From contig NC_043005.1 of assembly GCF_006345805.1 (NCBI RefSeq), forward strand, positions 5,642,001-5,706,000: a DNA stretch of 64,000 bases, in the 5' to 3' direction. This DNA comes from Octopus sinensis (taxonomy: Eukaryota). The position numbers were made by a program, and so were the translations under genes. Shown here piece after piece: positions 1 through 12,621 of the stretch (position 1 is its first letter; the number at the start of each line of letters is the position of its first letter). The notes under the pieces are model-generated. The model was given only the letters and a program-made list of their open reading frames with translations. It did no database searches and had not been told where the DNA came from.

Positions 1-52
<52 letters not shown>
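1..52. repeat. (GAT)n microsatellite
   Basis: 17 perfect GAT units at the window start. Confidence 0.95.
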
Positions 53-1190
53 TAATCTGCCTTACATATTAGAAATAAAGATATTTATTCTCAAACCAGT
101 TTCTTACAGTGAACTGGAACTTTGTCACAATTTTAGTGTCCACCATGGTGATTGGATGAAATATAACTCCCTATCTGGATAATGGATACTCTGTGGCAGT
201 TATTACTTCTAGCTGTCATGCACCAATGAATGAACCTCTATGCTGCTACTTGAATTGAAAGAAATTGCAACAGAATCTGTCATCCTGTTGAAAACTAAGT
301 CAAAAGCCAAGTTCTGTAATGTTTCTTTAAAAGAACAGAAATGAATGATGGAGGAAGAGATTACAGTTTTTTCTCCTTTACAAATGAATGTAAACAAAGT
401 TAATACAATTCTTGTCATGTCTTGTATTTTAGAACTGGCTGATAGTCTCATGTGGTACTATGTCATACAGAAAGTTAAATTGCTCTCTAATGTATTAATT
501 TATTTAAAAAAAATAAGGAAACATTGGTTAACGTAGCAGAAGGTACCACCATATCTCCTAAAAAGACATCTTTTTTTGTGGTTGAAATATCTTTGATTAT
601 AAATCTGTTTGAGCAGGTAAGACATGAGATAATATATAACAATGCCAACAGCTTCTAGTTTTCTTATCACATTCCTAAACATCTATGGCAACATTAAACA
701 GGATTACAACAGCAAAACAATGGGCAATGAACCTAGTTACTCTCAGCTCTACTGTTATCAACTACACACTGGCCTTACGATGATGGTGATATATATATAT
801 AAATATATATAATATATTGAGTCATAAAATCACTTAACTAAGTGTCTTTCCTAATGATAAAGTGTAATACATGATATAGAGTTAATTGACTGAGTCTAAC
901 TCTGCATCTAAAAGAGGAAGAATCTGGGCTTTATGTTTTTATATATATTTTATTCTCTGTTATGTTTTTGATGATATTACTACTGGTAGATTTCATTGTT
1001 TCTCCACTATTCCAAAGGAGAATTTTATTGTAGTATTTGTGTATGTTACATAGCTTATGGTTTGCTTCTGGTTGTTAACTATGCCTCATGATGCTATCTG
1101 TGGCATGGGAAGGTTAATGATGAATGTTGTTGTTAGATATGCAGCTCAGTGTTTGAGACAGGAGTTGAATTGGATGAAAATGTGTTGGCT

Positions 1191-1252
1191 CATTTTCTGT
1201 CATCGTCAGGAGAAAGTCAGATATGACCTTCTCCTGACTATGACAGAAAATG
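1191..1252. repeat. Near-perfect inverted repeat / hairpin (29-bp arms, 4-nt loop)
   Basis: Arms 1191-1219 and 1224-1252 are reverse complements with 2 mismatches (1204/1239, 1215/1228); loop GATA. Confidence 0.9.
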
Positions 1253-2118
1253 TTTATGGGTAGTATCTGGATGTTTGTATAGTTATACATATATACATAT
1301 GTGTGTGTGTGTGTGTGTGTGTACAAAGTATATATATATTTATTTTTACATATATGTATATAAATGTATGGACACTGTTGATGAAGTGAAAGCATACAGA
1401 AGTCATGACCAAGCAGTTCCACTGCTGGTGCTGAACATTTTTGACCAAAACTGAGGTTTCTGTGCTTTTTTGCTCTATACCTATACAAGATGCTTTCTGA
1501 AGATGAATACTACAGTATTATGGCATTCTTAATGTACATCCACATTAAGTAGAATAGATTGCTATTTGATACTAATACTGCTCCCATCACTAATAACTAA
1601 TATACACACATACACACCAACACTTCCTGTCGGCTTAGGGCTAAATAGCAGTGGTGTGATTCCCTTTATGGGACTCATGTTAAGTTGACAGTATACAACT
1701 GCTCTGAAAAAACAAGATAATTTGACCTTATATCAAAAAGAAACAAGAACGCAGGAATGATTGTGTTAGAATAAATGTTATACAGAATTTTGGTTCCATT
1801 TTCCAGCCGATAGGATACAACTCTCTTCCTGGAGAGTGCATAGTCTACTTCAGTCTTTTCATTCTTATAAATGTAGTGATATAACAGAATCAGTTGAGTG
1901 TTGGACAAATATCTTATGACATTTCTTCCAACTCTATACATTTCTGAGTTCAAATCTTGTCATGGTCATCTTAGTCTTTCATCCTTCAGGGATCAATAAA
2001 ATAAGGTACCAGTCAAATACTAGTGTTGATGGCGCTAACTAGACCTCTCCCCTCAAAATTGTTGACCTTGTATCAAAACCAGAAACTATTATTACCTCTA
2101 GTAAAAATGGTTTCTCTA

Positions 2119-2325
2119 AAGGCAACAAGCTGGCAGAACTGTTAACATGCCTGACCAAATACTTAGCAGCATTTTGTCCGTTTTTAAGCTCTGAGTTCAA
2201 ATTCTGCCAAGGTTGACTTTGCCTTTCATCCTTTTGGGATTGATGATAAAAGTACCTGTCAAGTAGTGGGAATGATTTAATTGACTAATCCCTTCTCCAA
2301 AACTTTCGGGCCTTGTGCCTATAGT
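2119..2325 (+). mobile_element. Decayed tRNA-derived SINE (aaggcggcgagctggcagaa family)
   Basis: Head aaggcaacaagctggcagaac, B-box-like ctgagttcaaattc, body ttgcctttcatcc...gtacc; the same family recurs many times in the window. Confidence 0.7.
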
Positions 2326-2593
2326 TACCATCAGCAAATTAAAGATCCTCTTGCTCAACTTGCATAGCTTCATGTCCTCATATCACAATACACATTTGAA
2401 AAAAAAAGAGGGTCATAGTACATAATGTAGTCCTAAAAACACTATTTCTGAAATTACAAAAGCAAACCGAAAATAAGAAGAAAAGAAAGAAAAAGAAAAA
2501 GAACAGGATGGTCATAAATTATTTCTTTAATTATAGTCTGCACAATAAAACCTGACCTGGCACTTAACAACGAGAAATTAACAAAATACTTAC

Positions 2594-2672
2594 CCATGTT
2601 GGATCTTGATAAATTTAGATATTTAACATTTGATGTAGCTTCGTAGGTTTCTTCCATTGCTGTTTTACTCAT
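2594..2672 (-). CDS. Candidate first coding exon of an unidentified minus-strand gene (MSKTAMEETYEATSNVKYLNLSRSNM-)
   Basis: ATG at 2672, 26 codons plus 1 nt, then a consensus donor G|GTAAGT at 2593; local CpG retention and an X-box/FOX module about 100 bp upstream. No in-frame downstream exon found in the window. Confidence 0.3.
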
Positions 2673-2763
2673 ATTTGCAATAAAAATTTCTCAGAATGAA
2701 ACTATATTTGAAAATATGTTCTTTAATAGAACAACATTACTTGTCTGTAGCATTTGTTAAGTT

Positions 2764-2787
2764 GTTAACTTAGCAACGGCTGTTTAC
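2764..2787. promoter_or_regulatory. RFX X-box-like site plus adjacent forkhead site
   Basis: GTTAACTTAGCAAC (2764-2777; 1 mismatch to GTNRCCNNRGYAAC) followed 3 nt later by TGTTTAC (2781-2787). Confidence 0.35.
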
Positions 2788-2862
2788 TGACAGCTAAACT
2801 TACTGTGCATTATACTTAGTCTTTGTTTATAAGATTACACAAGAGTTCAAGTTACCCAGCAA

Positions 2863-2893
<31 letters not shown>

Positions 2894-2974
2894 GTAAAAC
2901 CTGTGCATGTGTGTGCTTGTGTTTGTGTGTGTGTGTGTGCGTGTGTGTGTTTGTGTGTGTGTGTGTGTGCATCT

Positions 2975-5290
2975 GGTTTGTCAGCAGTCGGAGGCCTGAA
3001 ATTTGCCAAAAGGGCATTTTTTTGGTGACAGCAATAGGATAAATCATATTTTTGTTGATGGATACTGCAGGAGGATATGCATTTTTTTGCGGAGGCAGAG
3101 CTGGCAGTTGGGGGTGGTGGGTGAATATGGTGGTGCTTTGTCAACAATAGTCCACTTGATACTGGGTATTTCATCTTGGAGATCATGGAATTTCCAGAGA
3201 AAACATGACAGGGAAGTAGAGTTCTCTATGTCCCTGGATCTGAACACGTGCATATGCTGGGAGTATCTTCCCTTGAAGTCATTAGCTGTCATACCCATAT
3301 AGTGTCTAGTAATGCTATCAGATTGTGTAAAGGTGCTTCTGTATACTATGGCCCTTGAGAGACAAGACTTTTCCAGAGGGCACATGGTGGAGTTACGGAA
3401 GTTGCAGGTTATGGTTGGGGTTGTTGTGGGTGCATTTTACGCCTATCGATGTGTGCGATGTTAGATGTTGTCTAAGTAGGAGTAGCCCACTTGACATTAT
3501 GGGGAGGGGGGGTTGAAGAGTTTGTTATACTTATGGCCTCTGGGGAAGTGTTTCTTAATTAACGATAGGAAGCCCCTAGCTATATTGGTGGAAACTTCTG
3601 GGTTGAAGCGGGGTATACCATATTATTTTCCATCTCCTAATCCTTTTGGGGTGAGGAGAGGGTGTTTGGGGGTTGTCCACATATGTGAGCTTCTCAGTAA
3701 GCCCACTCCTAGTTAAAGCATTGTTTTAGTGGTGGGGCTGTTAAAGGTCTCTCTATTGGCCGAGATATTAGATAGTTGTTTACTAATACCTGGAACCAGG
3801 TTTCTTATTACAGCAGGGGTATGGTTTGAGCTCTTGTGGATGTATACTGTATCCTCGTTAGGCTTCCTGTATGGGTAATACTTTCCTGTACTGAGGTCTA
3901 AGGTTACATTCAAGAAATTGACTGTAGTCAGGTTGGTGGTAACTGTTATGGACAAGCCAAACTCCTTAAATATTTTTATCAAGTCCTTCCTGAACCTGGC
4001 CATGGTGTGGTCATTCATATGACCTGAGATAGCCAGGCCGTCATCCCTGTAGAGGGCTGACCTATGTGGGTGGGTATGTCTTTTGAGGGTATCCAAGATG
4101 TATAACCTGATATATTTCAGCCCTGTCAAGATGTATTTCAGCCCCATCAAAGCTCCTCATAGAGATGTCAAACAATGGGTTGCCTTCTTTTTTCACCCAG
4201 AAGGAATCGTCATGTGCCAGAATTTACTTTCTGGCATTCGTGATAATTCTGATGTCAAGGTCACTAATGCTGGTGTATTGCTCAGCAAAAGTTAGGACCT
4301 TCAGAAAGAGGGGCTTAGATATGGAAGGGTAGAAGTCAACAAGGTCGAACTGGGTGAATCTACAGGTTGATTTATTCTCGATACAGTGGCACCAGTTGAC
4401 CACGACTGTGCTGGAATTCCATTGAGTCAACCCTGTAGATCTTCTGATATCAGAGTTGATAGTATTGAGAATACCTTTGCTAATAATACCTAACTCAGTT
4501 TTAGAGGGGTTGATCAGCCTGCATTTTGGATTGGAGTGGAAGTTAGGCTTATGGTCCTTAAGTGTAATATGGGGGCAGGGGCTGTGTGGCTAGGTAATCC
4601 ACGCAATTCTCTATATTAAGGTGGATGACAAGCTCCTTTGCACCTGTATTTGTCATTGTAAATGGAATTATGTGTTTTCTTGTATGTTTGGGTGATGGCA
4701 CTTGTAAGAAGTCTTAAGTGTGTGGAAGTGTTCATTTCATAAATGTTCTTTGTTTTGTCTACAAAATTGTTTAATGCTGGTCATATAGTTATTTAGGGGT
4801 TTAAGGAAGAGGTAAAAATAATGCCAAAATCTTACCTTCTTTACAATGTTCCATAGGTCAGTCTCAAAGTTCTCAAGGTCATTCATACGTGAGGGGCACT
4901 TTTGGCATTTGAAGCTGAATTTATCCGTAGATGTAGTAATAAATGGATTCTCGTAGCAGAAAGCCTTCCAGCACATGTGCTTGATGACACTTTCCATCTT
5001 CTCCATAAGTCAGGTAGATTTTCCTTGGAGGTATTTGGATATTCCTCAGCAAGTATGGTAGTGGTTGTCTCTCCATTGCAAAATGTTGGCCAGACATTCA
5101 TGAATGGTGCTCAACAGAGTCTGGAGCAATTGTACGAGCGAGTGGACAAACAAAAGAAGGGCACTCAACCAATTTATTGTGAGTTACATGTATGGATCAA
5201 AATAATTTTATTCCAAATTTGTTGGTACTCTTGAGTTTCAAGCATGATGCTAGTAGTCAGCTATTTTGAATTTGAATGACAAGTTGATGG
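2975..5290 (-). mobile_element. Degenerate near-full-length Penelope-like retroelement (RT + C-terminal GIY-YIG endonuclease)
   Basis: Broken ORFs: N-terminal ESVIKHMCWKA (4737-5006), RT FDLVDFYPSI (4224-4430) and YRDDGL...VNFLNVTLDL (3713-4150), linker CNFRNSTMCPLEKSCL, GIY-YIG IVYRST...HYMGMT...GRYSQH with C-terminal KAPPY...CQLC (3044-3385); 3' end abuts a (GT)n tract. Confidence 0.85.
5211..5277 (-). ncRNA. Decayed minimal type-I hammerhead ribozyme-like motif at the 5' end of the PLE
   Basis: Minus strand CTGACTA-CTAGCATCATGCTT-GAA-ACTC-AA-GAGT-A: core-like, stem II AGCA/TGCT, stem III ACTC/GAGT, GUA triplet; partial stem I. G8 is mutated, so probably inactive. Confidence 0.4.
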
Positions 5291-5407
5291 TTATTACTGT
5301 AAGGTGGGCTGTGATTGGTTGAGGAAGTTGATGCAGTATCGTAGTTTGATGTTAGTATATGGAAAATACCACATGGTGAATATCAATTTATATAATCTTT
5401 GAATAGA

Positions 5408-5690
5408 AGTAGGCATTGCTGTGCGGTTAACAATTTTATTTTCCAACTATGTGGTTTCAGGTTCTGTCCTACTGTGTGACATCTTGGACATGTGTCTTCT
5501 ACTGTAGCTTCAGATCAACAAAAACCTTGTGAGTGGATTTGATATATGGAAACTGGAATGGAAGAAGCCCACTCTCATTATATGTATGTGTATGTGTATT
5601 TGTTTGTAGCCTTGTCTTGACATCATGTGTTGGTTGTAAACAAGCATCACCATCATACAAGTGGTGTTGTTCATTTCCAATCTACCATGA
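5408..5690 (+). mobile_element. Decayed tRNA-derived SINE (second family)
   Basis: aggcattgctgtgcggttaa...ggtttcaggttctgtcc...tgtgtcttctactgtagc; reverse-complement relative of 7612-7782. Confidence 0.55.
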
Positions 5691-5699
5691 AAAACATGT

Positions 5700-6822
5700 C
5701 TGGCTGTGGGGAAATATTACCTTACTGCCAGTAAAGTGGGAGTTAACCACAAGTACAGCAAAGAATTTGGTGTAGTGGTAGGGGTTCATCAAGGCTCGGT
5801 CCTAAGTTCCCTCCTTTTCATCACTGTCCTCCAAGCCATAACAAAGGAATTCAAGACTGGCAGCCCCTGGGAACTATTATCTGTTGATGGTCTTGCCCTC
5901 ATAGCCAATCTATATCAGAACTAGATGAGAAATTCCAGGTGTGGAAGCAGAACCTGGAATCTAAGGGCCTTAAGGTTAACTTAGCAAAAATTAAGGTCCT
6001 AGGAAGCAAGAAAACTGACAGGATCCTACCCACCTCAAGTAGGTAGCCCTATTTGATTTGTAGGAAAGGTGCAGGCAGGAACTCCATACAATGTATCCAG
6101 TGTAAGCTATGGACACACAGGAGGTGCAGTGGTTTAATAAGGAGGTTATCAGAGAAGATAGTTTTCATATGTGGAAGATGTACAGGGTCCATAAAAACTT
6201 TAGAAACTCAGGGAATTGATTCTCTCAAATGCCCTGGTGGCTTATTAGAAATAGTAGATAATTTCTGCTACCTAGAGGACCAAATTCGTTGTAAAGGAGG
6301 ATGCACAGAGTGTGATAGCTAGAATAAGAATAGGGTGGAGGAAATTCAGAGTGCTGAATTTCCAAATTAGATGGAACATGTGGAAGTAGGAGATCCAGGA
6401 AGACATGGTATGAAGAACTGAAGAACAATCTCAAGATGCTGAACTTTTCAGGCGAGATGACAAAGGACAAAGATGCCTGGCGCCTTGCTGTACTTAAAAA
6501 GATTTGTACTCCACAGCAAAAGTGTTAAGACCAGTCCCTCTGATGGTGAAAGGCACTTATGGCAGTGCCATGTAAAAACATCCATGCAATGACACATAAA
6601 AACGCTCATACGGCACTACATAGAAGCACCTGTGCAGTGCCACATAAAAGCACCCAGCACACTTTGTAAAGTGATTGGTGTTAGAAAGGGTATCCAGCTG
6701 TAAAAACCATGATAAATCAGACTGGAGTCTGGTGCAGCTCCCCAGCTTGCCAGCTCTGGTCAAACTGTCCAGCTCATACCAGTATGAACAACAGAAATGA
6801 AATGATGATGATGATGATGATA
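5700..6822 (+). mobile_element. RTE-clade LINE fragment (RT remnant, 3' UTR, (GAT)n tail)
   Basis: VGVHQGSVLSSLLFITVLQAITKEFKTGSPWELL (RT motifs B/C; YADD decayed), internal deletions, and a 3' UTR shared with 12620-13424 and 36165-36460. Confidence 0.8.
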
Positions 6823-6833
6823 TACATTATATC

Positions 6834-7067
6834 ATATGAAGGGGTGCTGTAAAGTTCCTGGCTTTGAGTAAAAGAAGATACAGGAGGATTAGTTAATTAT
6901 GATTTCATACAAGCATATTCCTCTCCCAGATCCATACACTTATTACAGCAGCCTTTCAGTTTTTCTAAGCCATTTAAAAGAACTTGGAAGGTTGGGCCTC
7001 CAACCAGGCTTTTCATGATACCCCAAAAGCCAGGAACTTTCATATATAGCCAGGAACTTTCATATAT
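6834..7067. mobile_element. Mariner-like MITE remnant
   Basis: Left end atatgaaggggtgctgtaaagttcctggcttt; right end aaagccaggaacttt..catat (reverse complement, partly deleted), with a 20-bp tandem duplication at 7028-7067. Confidence 0.5.
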
Positions 7068-7611
7068 AGAAATAAACACACACACACACACACACATATA
7101 CATATGCAGCCGGCTGGCTTACCGGTTTTCAGTCAATCTGTCGGACCCATGCCAGCATGGAAAGTAGACATTAACTGATGATGATGATGATGAGGATGAT
7201 GAGGATGACGGTGACATATACATACAAACATACAATTAAATACATACATATATACATGATGCGGACAGTATTTGAGGACACATGTATTTTTAGTCATTAT
7301 TTTATTTGACTAACTTTTATTGAGCTTCTGTTTCAGAAAATAACAATGACTGACCCTATGCTTACTAATGAAATGAAAATATCACAAAAACTGTTACTCA
7401 GAGTTTCACGTTCCTGTTCATCGGACAATTTTGTTTAGAATATATATAAATCGACCCCAGGACTTATTCTTTGTTAGCCTAGTACTTATTCTAATGGTCT
7501 CTTCTGCCAAACCACTAAGTTACGGAGACATAAATACACCAACATCTATTGGAGGGACAGGCACAAACACACAAACACACATACACACACACACAGACAC
7601 ACACGCACGCA

Positions 7612-7782
7612 CATACACGATGGGCTTCTTTCAGTTTCCGTCTACCAAATCCACTCACATGGCTTTGGTCAGCCCAAGGCTATAGTAGAAGACACTTACC
7701 CAATGTGCCATGCAATGAGACTGAACCCAGAACCATGTGGTTGGTAAGCAAGCTACTTACCACACAGCCACTCCTGTGCCTA
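7612..7782 (-). mobile_element. tRNA-derived SINE (second family)
   Basis: gatgggcttctttcagtttccgtctaccaaatccactcac...gactgaacccagaacc...accacacagccac; B-box-like ggttctgggttcagtc on the minus strand. Confidence 0.65.
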
Positions 7783-9578
7783 TATATATATATAAAACCT
7801 ACATGTATATACACACACATATATACACACATGGTGGCTGCCCCCTCGTTATCGAGTATGGCTATTGCACAAAGCTTAATCAATGTTGTTATCATGCAAT
7901 GCCTGTGCAAGAAGATTTTTTTTAAAGTGAGGAAAGGCTGTGCACTGAGTCAATCCCACTCACTAAGCAACAGCAGTCATAATCCGAAAAGAAGAACAAG
8001 TCAACATCATCGGTAACCACTGAGCCGCATGTTTTATGTCGGAGTTATCCCAGTTACCTGAGTTACCTTCTCCTAGAAGGATGCCCTAACAAAGGCTAGG
8101 AGTCCTTCACTCCCAATGGTTTAACCGCACAATTGGGTATTCAGTCCGATTATTTCTATGTCTCCGCGCATGATACAGCCTTAAGACATTTATTGGATGG
8201 CCGTTCACTCTCAAGAGTTCCTCCGCCCTTTCACGGGTTTTGTTTTTCATCCCGCAGGATGTCCAATAAACACCCTCTTCACCAAGCAAGCTTGGTGGGG
8301 TTGCCGGTTTAGTCACCGACAACCCGACCATGCAACAGGTTGTACTGGATTACATGTTACCAGTAGCACTCGAAAGTGACCTGACATACACACATATACA
8401 TACCTACATACACATACATATGTATATACATACATACACATATATATACACACACACAAATACACACAGATATCCCCTCCGGCTCACATGGCCCTGCACC
8501 TCCCCCCCACTATCATCATCCTCACCACCCAATGTCCATTTTCCATGTGGATATTAAACAACAATGATGGATGCATACACAAAGATATGGGTGTCTTATA
8601 TAAGATAAACCTATCTGTATGTATTCACTTTTCACACAAAAACTGCTGCCCGAAATGCTTCCATACTTGGGATGAATGAATAATTGGACCTCAGATACAT
8701 ACTATGGTCATCATTTTTTTATTAAAAATAAATAATATTGCTTTACATATATGATTCACTTCTTTAAAAAGGTTTCTCAATGTCAACTTCCAGTATTGAC
8801 ATAGCAACAGCAAAATATTCAGTTTTCATTTGCAAAATCTCTCACTCTCTATTTTAATGTTTTCATTTCAAGTTTTAATTCACTATTTTCAAACAACTAC
8901 AATAAAATCCTGAAAGAAGTATTTTCAAAGTTCCCAAATTTAAATATTTGGTACAAAATAGTTTTTAACAAGCTTTTATTTATATGATTTTTTTCATTTC
9001 ATGTTTATTTCATTCATTGTTTGCAGTGTTCTCTCTCCTCCTCCTTTCTCTCTCTCATACACACTGTGTCTCTAATATAAACATACACACACACACAAAC
9101 ACAGTCTCTCTAATATAAACACACATACACACACTCCAGGTTTGATTTTGTTATTACACAAATATCACATTGGAATTTTGCTATTCAACATGGAGCATCC
9201 AAGAAAATATGAACATTCTTTAATTAATTTCTGTAAATTTTTTTTATTTATTTACTTTTTGTATGTCGTGTTCAGCTCTATATATTTATAATCAGTTACA
9301 CACACACGTGTGTGTTTTTGTGCGTATGTTTGTACACATTTACGTATGTGTGAGTGTGTGTGAGAGAGAAAAAGTGTGCTGTCTAAGTGGCACTCACTCT
9401 TTCTCTCTCACACACACCCACACACACATGCACACATACATACGAAAAAGATGTAGGCTTATTTATTTATGAATGTACATATACATGACAACACACTTTT
9501 TCACTTGCACTCTCTCTCTCTTACTCCTTCACACACACACATACACACATCCATTTCATCTGATGTTTGATATTGTAT

Positions 9579-9622
<44 letters not shown>

Positions 9623-9719
9623 CATTCCATAATTGCCATTTATTTCACTCACTTTTGGGAAGATGTTCATGTACCTCATTTTTTCATTTAATCCCCATTT
9701 AAATTCTCAAAAAAGTTTC

Positions 9720-12160
9720 TGAGAACAATGTTCTCACTCTCTAGAAGAGGAGTCAGGGTAGATGTAGATGATCAGTATTCAACAGTGAAGCAAAGACGAG
9801 TACAGGTAGCCAGAGTCAATGTTGGATTCTGCAACTCTGTTAACTCTATCAAGTATGTTTTCAAATATGTAAACAAATGTTTAGATGCTGCAACATACAC
9901 TCTAATGCAAGAATGGCAGTCAGCAGATAAATAAAAATGACAAAGTTACACAATATGACAGAGGAAGACACATCAGTACCAATGAGGCTTTTTGGTGCAT
10001 CTTCAATTTTCCCATTCATGACAGGCACCCAGCCATCATTCATCTGACTGTCCATCTAGAGAATGGCCACAGAGGTATCTTTACAAAAAAACAGCCTTAT
10101 AACAAGCACTTTCTCCAAAAGGAACTACCCTTACTGCCTTTTTTTAAAGTTGTATTGAGTAGATGAAGATGCAAGAAAACTCTTTTACACACAATTACCC
10201 AAGTATTAGAAACAATAAATGGCACAAGAGGAAAGGTGGGGCTGATGCACTTGCAAAAGTTTACAGTGTCCACCCAAGCCAAGCAGAATGCTACTGCTTA
10301 CGCCTCCTTTTGCTTGAAGTACGTGGTCCGAAATCATTCCAAGATTCAAGGAGGGTAAATGGTTATGTGTGTGAAATTTATAGGGAAGCATGCTATCAAC
10401 AAGATTTTTTAGAAAATGATAAGCATTGGGACCTTGCATTGACTGAAGCATCAGTATCAGATTCTCCAAGGAAATTCCATAACCTTTTTGCAATTATACT
10501 GAATATGTGTCAACCTGGCAGTCCCCTACAGCTTTGGATAAAACATCATGAGTACATGGCCGAGGACTTAAAGTATGCAGTTCAACAGGGAAACCCAGAT
10601 GTCAATATTCACTTATCTGAAACAATTTTTAATCAAGCACTGATTGAAACTGAGGATCAAGTTTTGGCCATGGGAGGCAAAAATTCACAAGTGTCTGGCT
10701 CTGGACTGCCAAAAACAGACTGTTAAATTAGTGACTTAACTTCAAGAGACATAGCAAGAGACAAATTATGACATCTCAGAGTTGGCTGCATTTGTAAATG
10801 AACATGAATCTAAACTTCTTCCAGAACAAAGCTGTGCATATGATAAAATTATTTTGTCAGTGAGAGTAAAAAGTGGAGGAATTTTCTTTCTTGATGCTCC
10901 TGGTGGCACAAAGACATTTGTAACTACACTGCTTCTCTCCAAGGTAAGGCAACAAAAGAGAATTGCAGTTGCTGCAGCACTGTCTGGCTTTGCTGCCACC
11001 ATTCTCCCGGGAGGACGAACAGCTCATTCTGCTTTTAAATTACTGCTAAACCTGGTCACAACCGACAGTCCAGTTTGTAACATAAGCAAAGGTTCAAGTT
11101 TAGCAGAAGTGTTGAGCCAATGCCTCCTGATCATTTGTGATGAATGCACCATGTCACATAGAGGTGCAATAGAAGCCCTTGATAAGACCTTACAGGACTT
11201 AAGAGGCAACAATAAATCTATGAGAGAAATTACATTAATTTTATCAGGAGACTTCAGGCAGACATTACCTGTCATTCCAAGATGGACAAGATCCGATGGA
11301 ATAGAAATATGCATTAAGTCTTCAGAGCTATGGAATAAAGTATAGAAATTCTCCTTCAATACTAAGATGTGAGCTTCATTACATGGGGACCAATGTGCAG
11401 CACACTTTTCAACCTGACTCCTCTAATTAAGAACTGGGAAAGTACCATTTGATGGGAATGGTGATATTAGTTTGGCTCATATTACTATCATGGTAAATTC
11501 TGAAACTGAATTGAAGAACAGGGTATCTCTAGACTTAAGTAATAATCATAATACACGTGAATGGTTTTGTGAAAGGGCAATTCTCACCCCCAAAAATGAG
11601 ACAGTAGCAAGGATTAACCATGACTTAATAAAAAAGATTCCAACAGTCATTAAGGATTACAAATCTGTTGATTCGGTCCTTGATGAAAATCGAGCTGTCC
11701 ATTACCCAACAGAGTTCCTTAATTCCCTTGAGCCACCCAGAACTCCTTCACATAAACTTTTTCTGAAGGTAGGAGTCCTAATAATTCTTCTAAAAGATCT
11801 AGATCCTCTTAAATTATACAATGGGGCAAGGTTGATTGTGAAAACATTATCACCTAATGTGATAGAAGCTACCATTCTCACTGGATGTGCCTCTGGGAAA
11901 TAGGTTTTCATTCCAAGAATTCTAATCAAACCAACAGATATGCCATTTGAGTTCAAATGAACACAATTTCCAGTGGGACTTTGTTCTGCAATGTCTATTA
12001 ATAAAGCTCAAGGTCAGACTTGGAAATCTACTTGCCTGCGCTTAATTGAGACTTGCTTTTCTCATGGTTGTTAAAGGGTTGGTAGTTTACAAGACTTATT
12101 TGTCTATGCTCCAAACTAGAGAAGAAAGACTGTTGTTTTCCCAGAAACTCTTACATAATT
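9720..12160 (+). mobile_element. Degenerate Helitron Rep-helicase (PIF1-type helicase) fragment
   Basis: ORF pieces KYVFKYVNK; YCLRLLLLEVRGPKSFQD; FFLDAPGGTKTF (Walker A), GGRTAHSAFKL, IICDECTM (Walker B), SGDFRQTLPVI; ERAILTPKN, YPTEFLNSLEPP, LYNGARL; multiple stops and frameshifts. Confidence 0.92.
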
Positions 12161-12253
12161 TCCTTCAACATATGTGATAGAATTTATCTCCTTTCATAAA
12201 GTGGTAAATTTTGTATTTTCATTTTATTATTATTATTATCATTATTGTGGTTG

Positions 12254-12287
<34 letters not shown>

Positions 12288-12462
12288 TATTATTTTGCAT
12301 TATGAACTCAGAATTGATTTCCCAATTAAAGAATAAATTGTACCCCAATTGAAGAATAAATTGAATTTAGAATAACAAATTTCTATACAACATATTTTGC
12401 TTTTTTTTCCCAATATATAAGAAACAATTTTATTCCCAGGCAGCACTGGATGCCCCTACTAG

Positions 12463-12464
<2 letters not shown>

Positions 12465-12547
<83 letters not shown>

Positions 12548-12550
12548 GAA

Positions 12551-12619
<69 letters not shown>
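12465..12619. repeat. Compound (TA)n + (TAT)n microsatellite
   Basis: Directly visible; it is the source of the poly-N/poly-I spurious ORF 12383-12622. Confidence 0.9.

Positions 12620-12621
<2 letters not shown>

Noticed and set aside
100-620. Possible exons or decayed ORF near the window start (donor GAGCAG|GTAAGA at 617)
   Set aside because: No acceptor with an open frame leads to the donor, all frames contain stops, and no family is recognisable.
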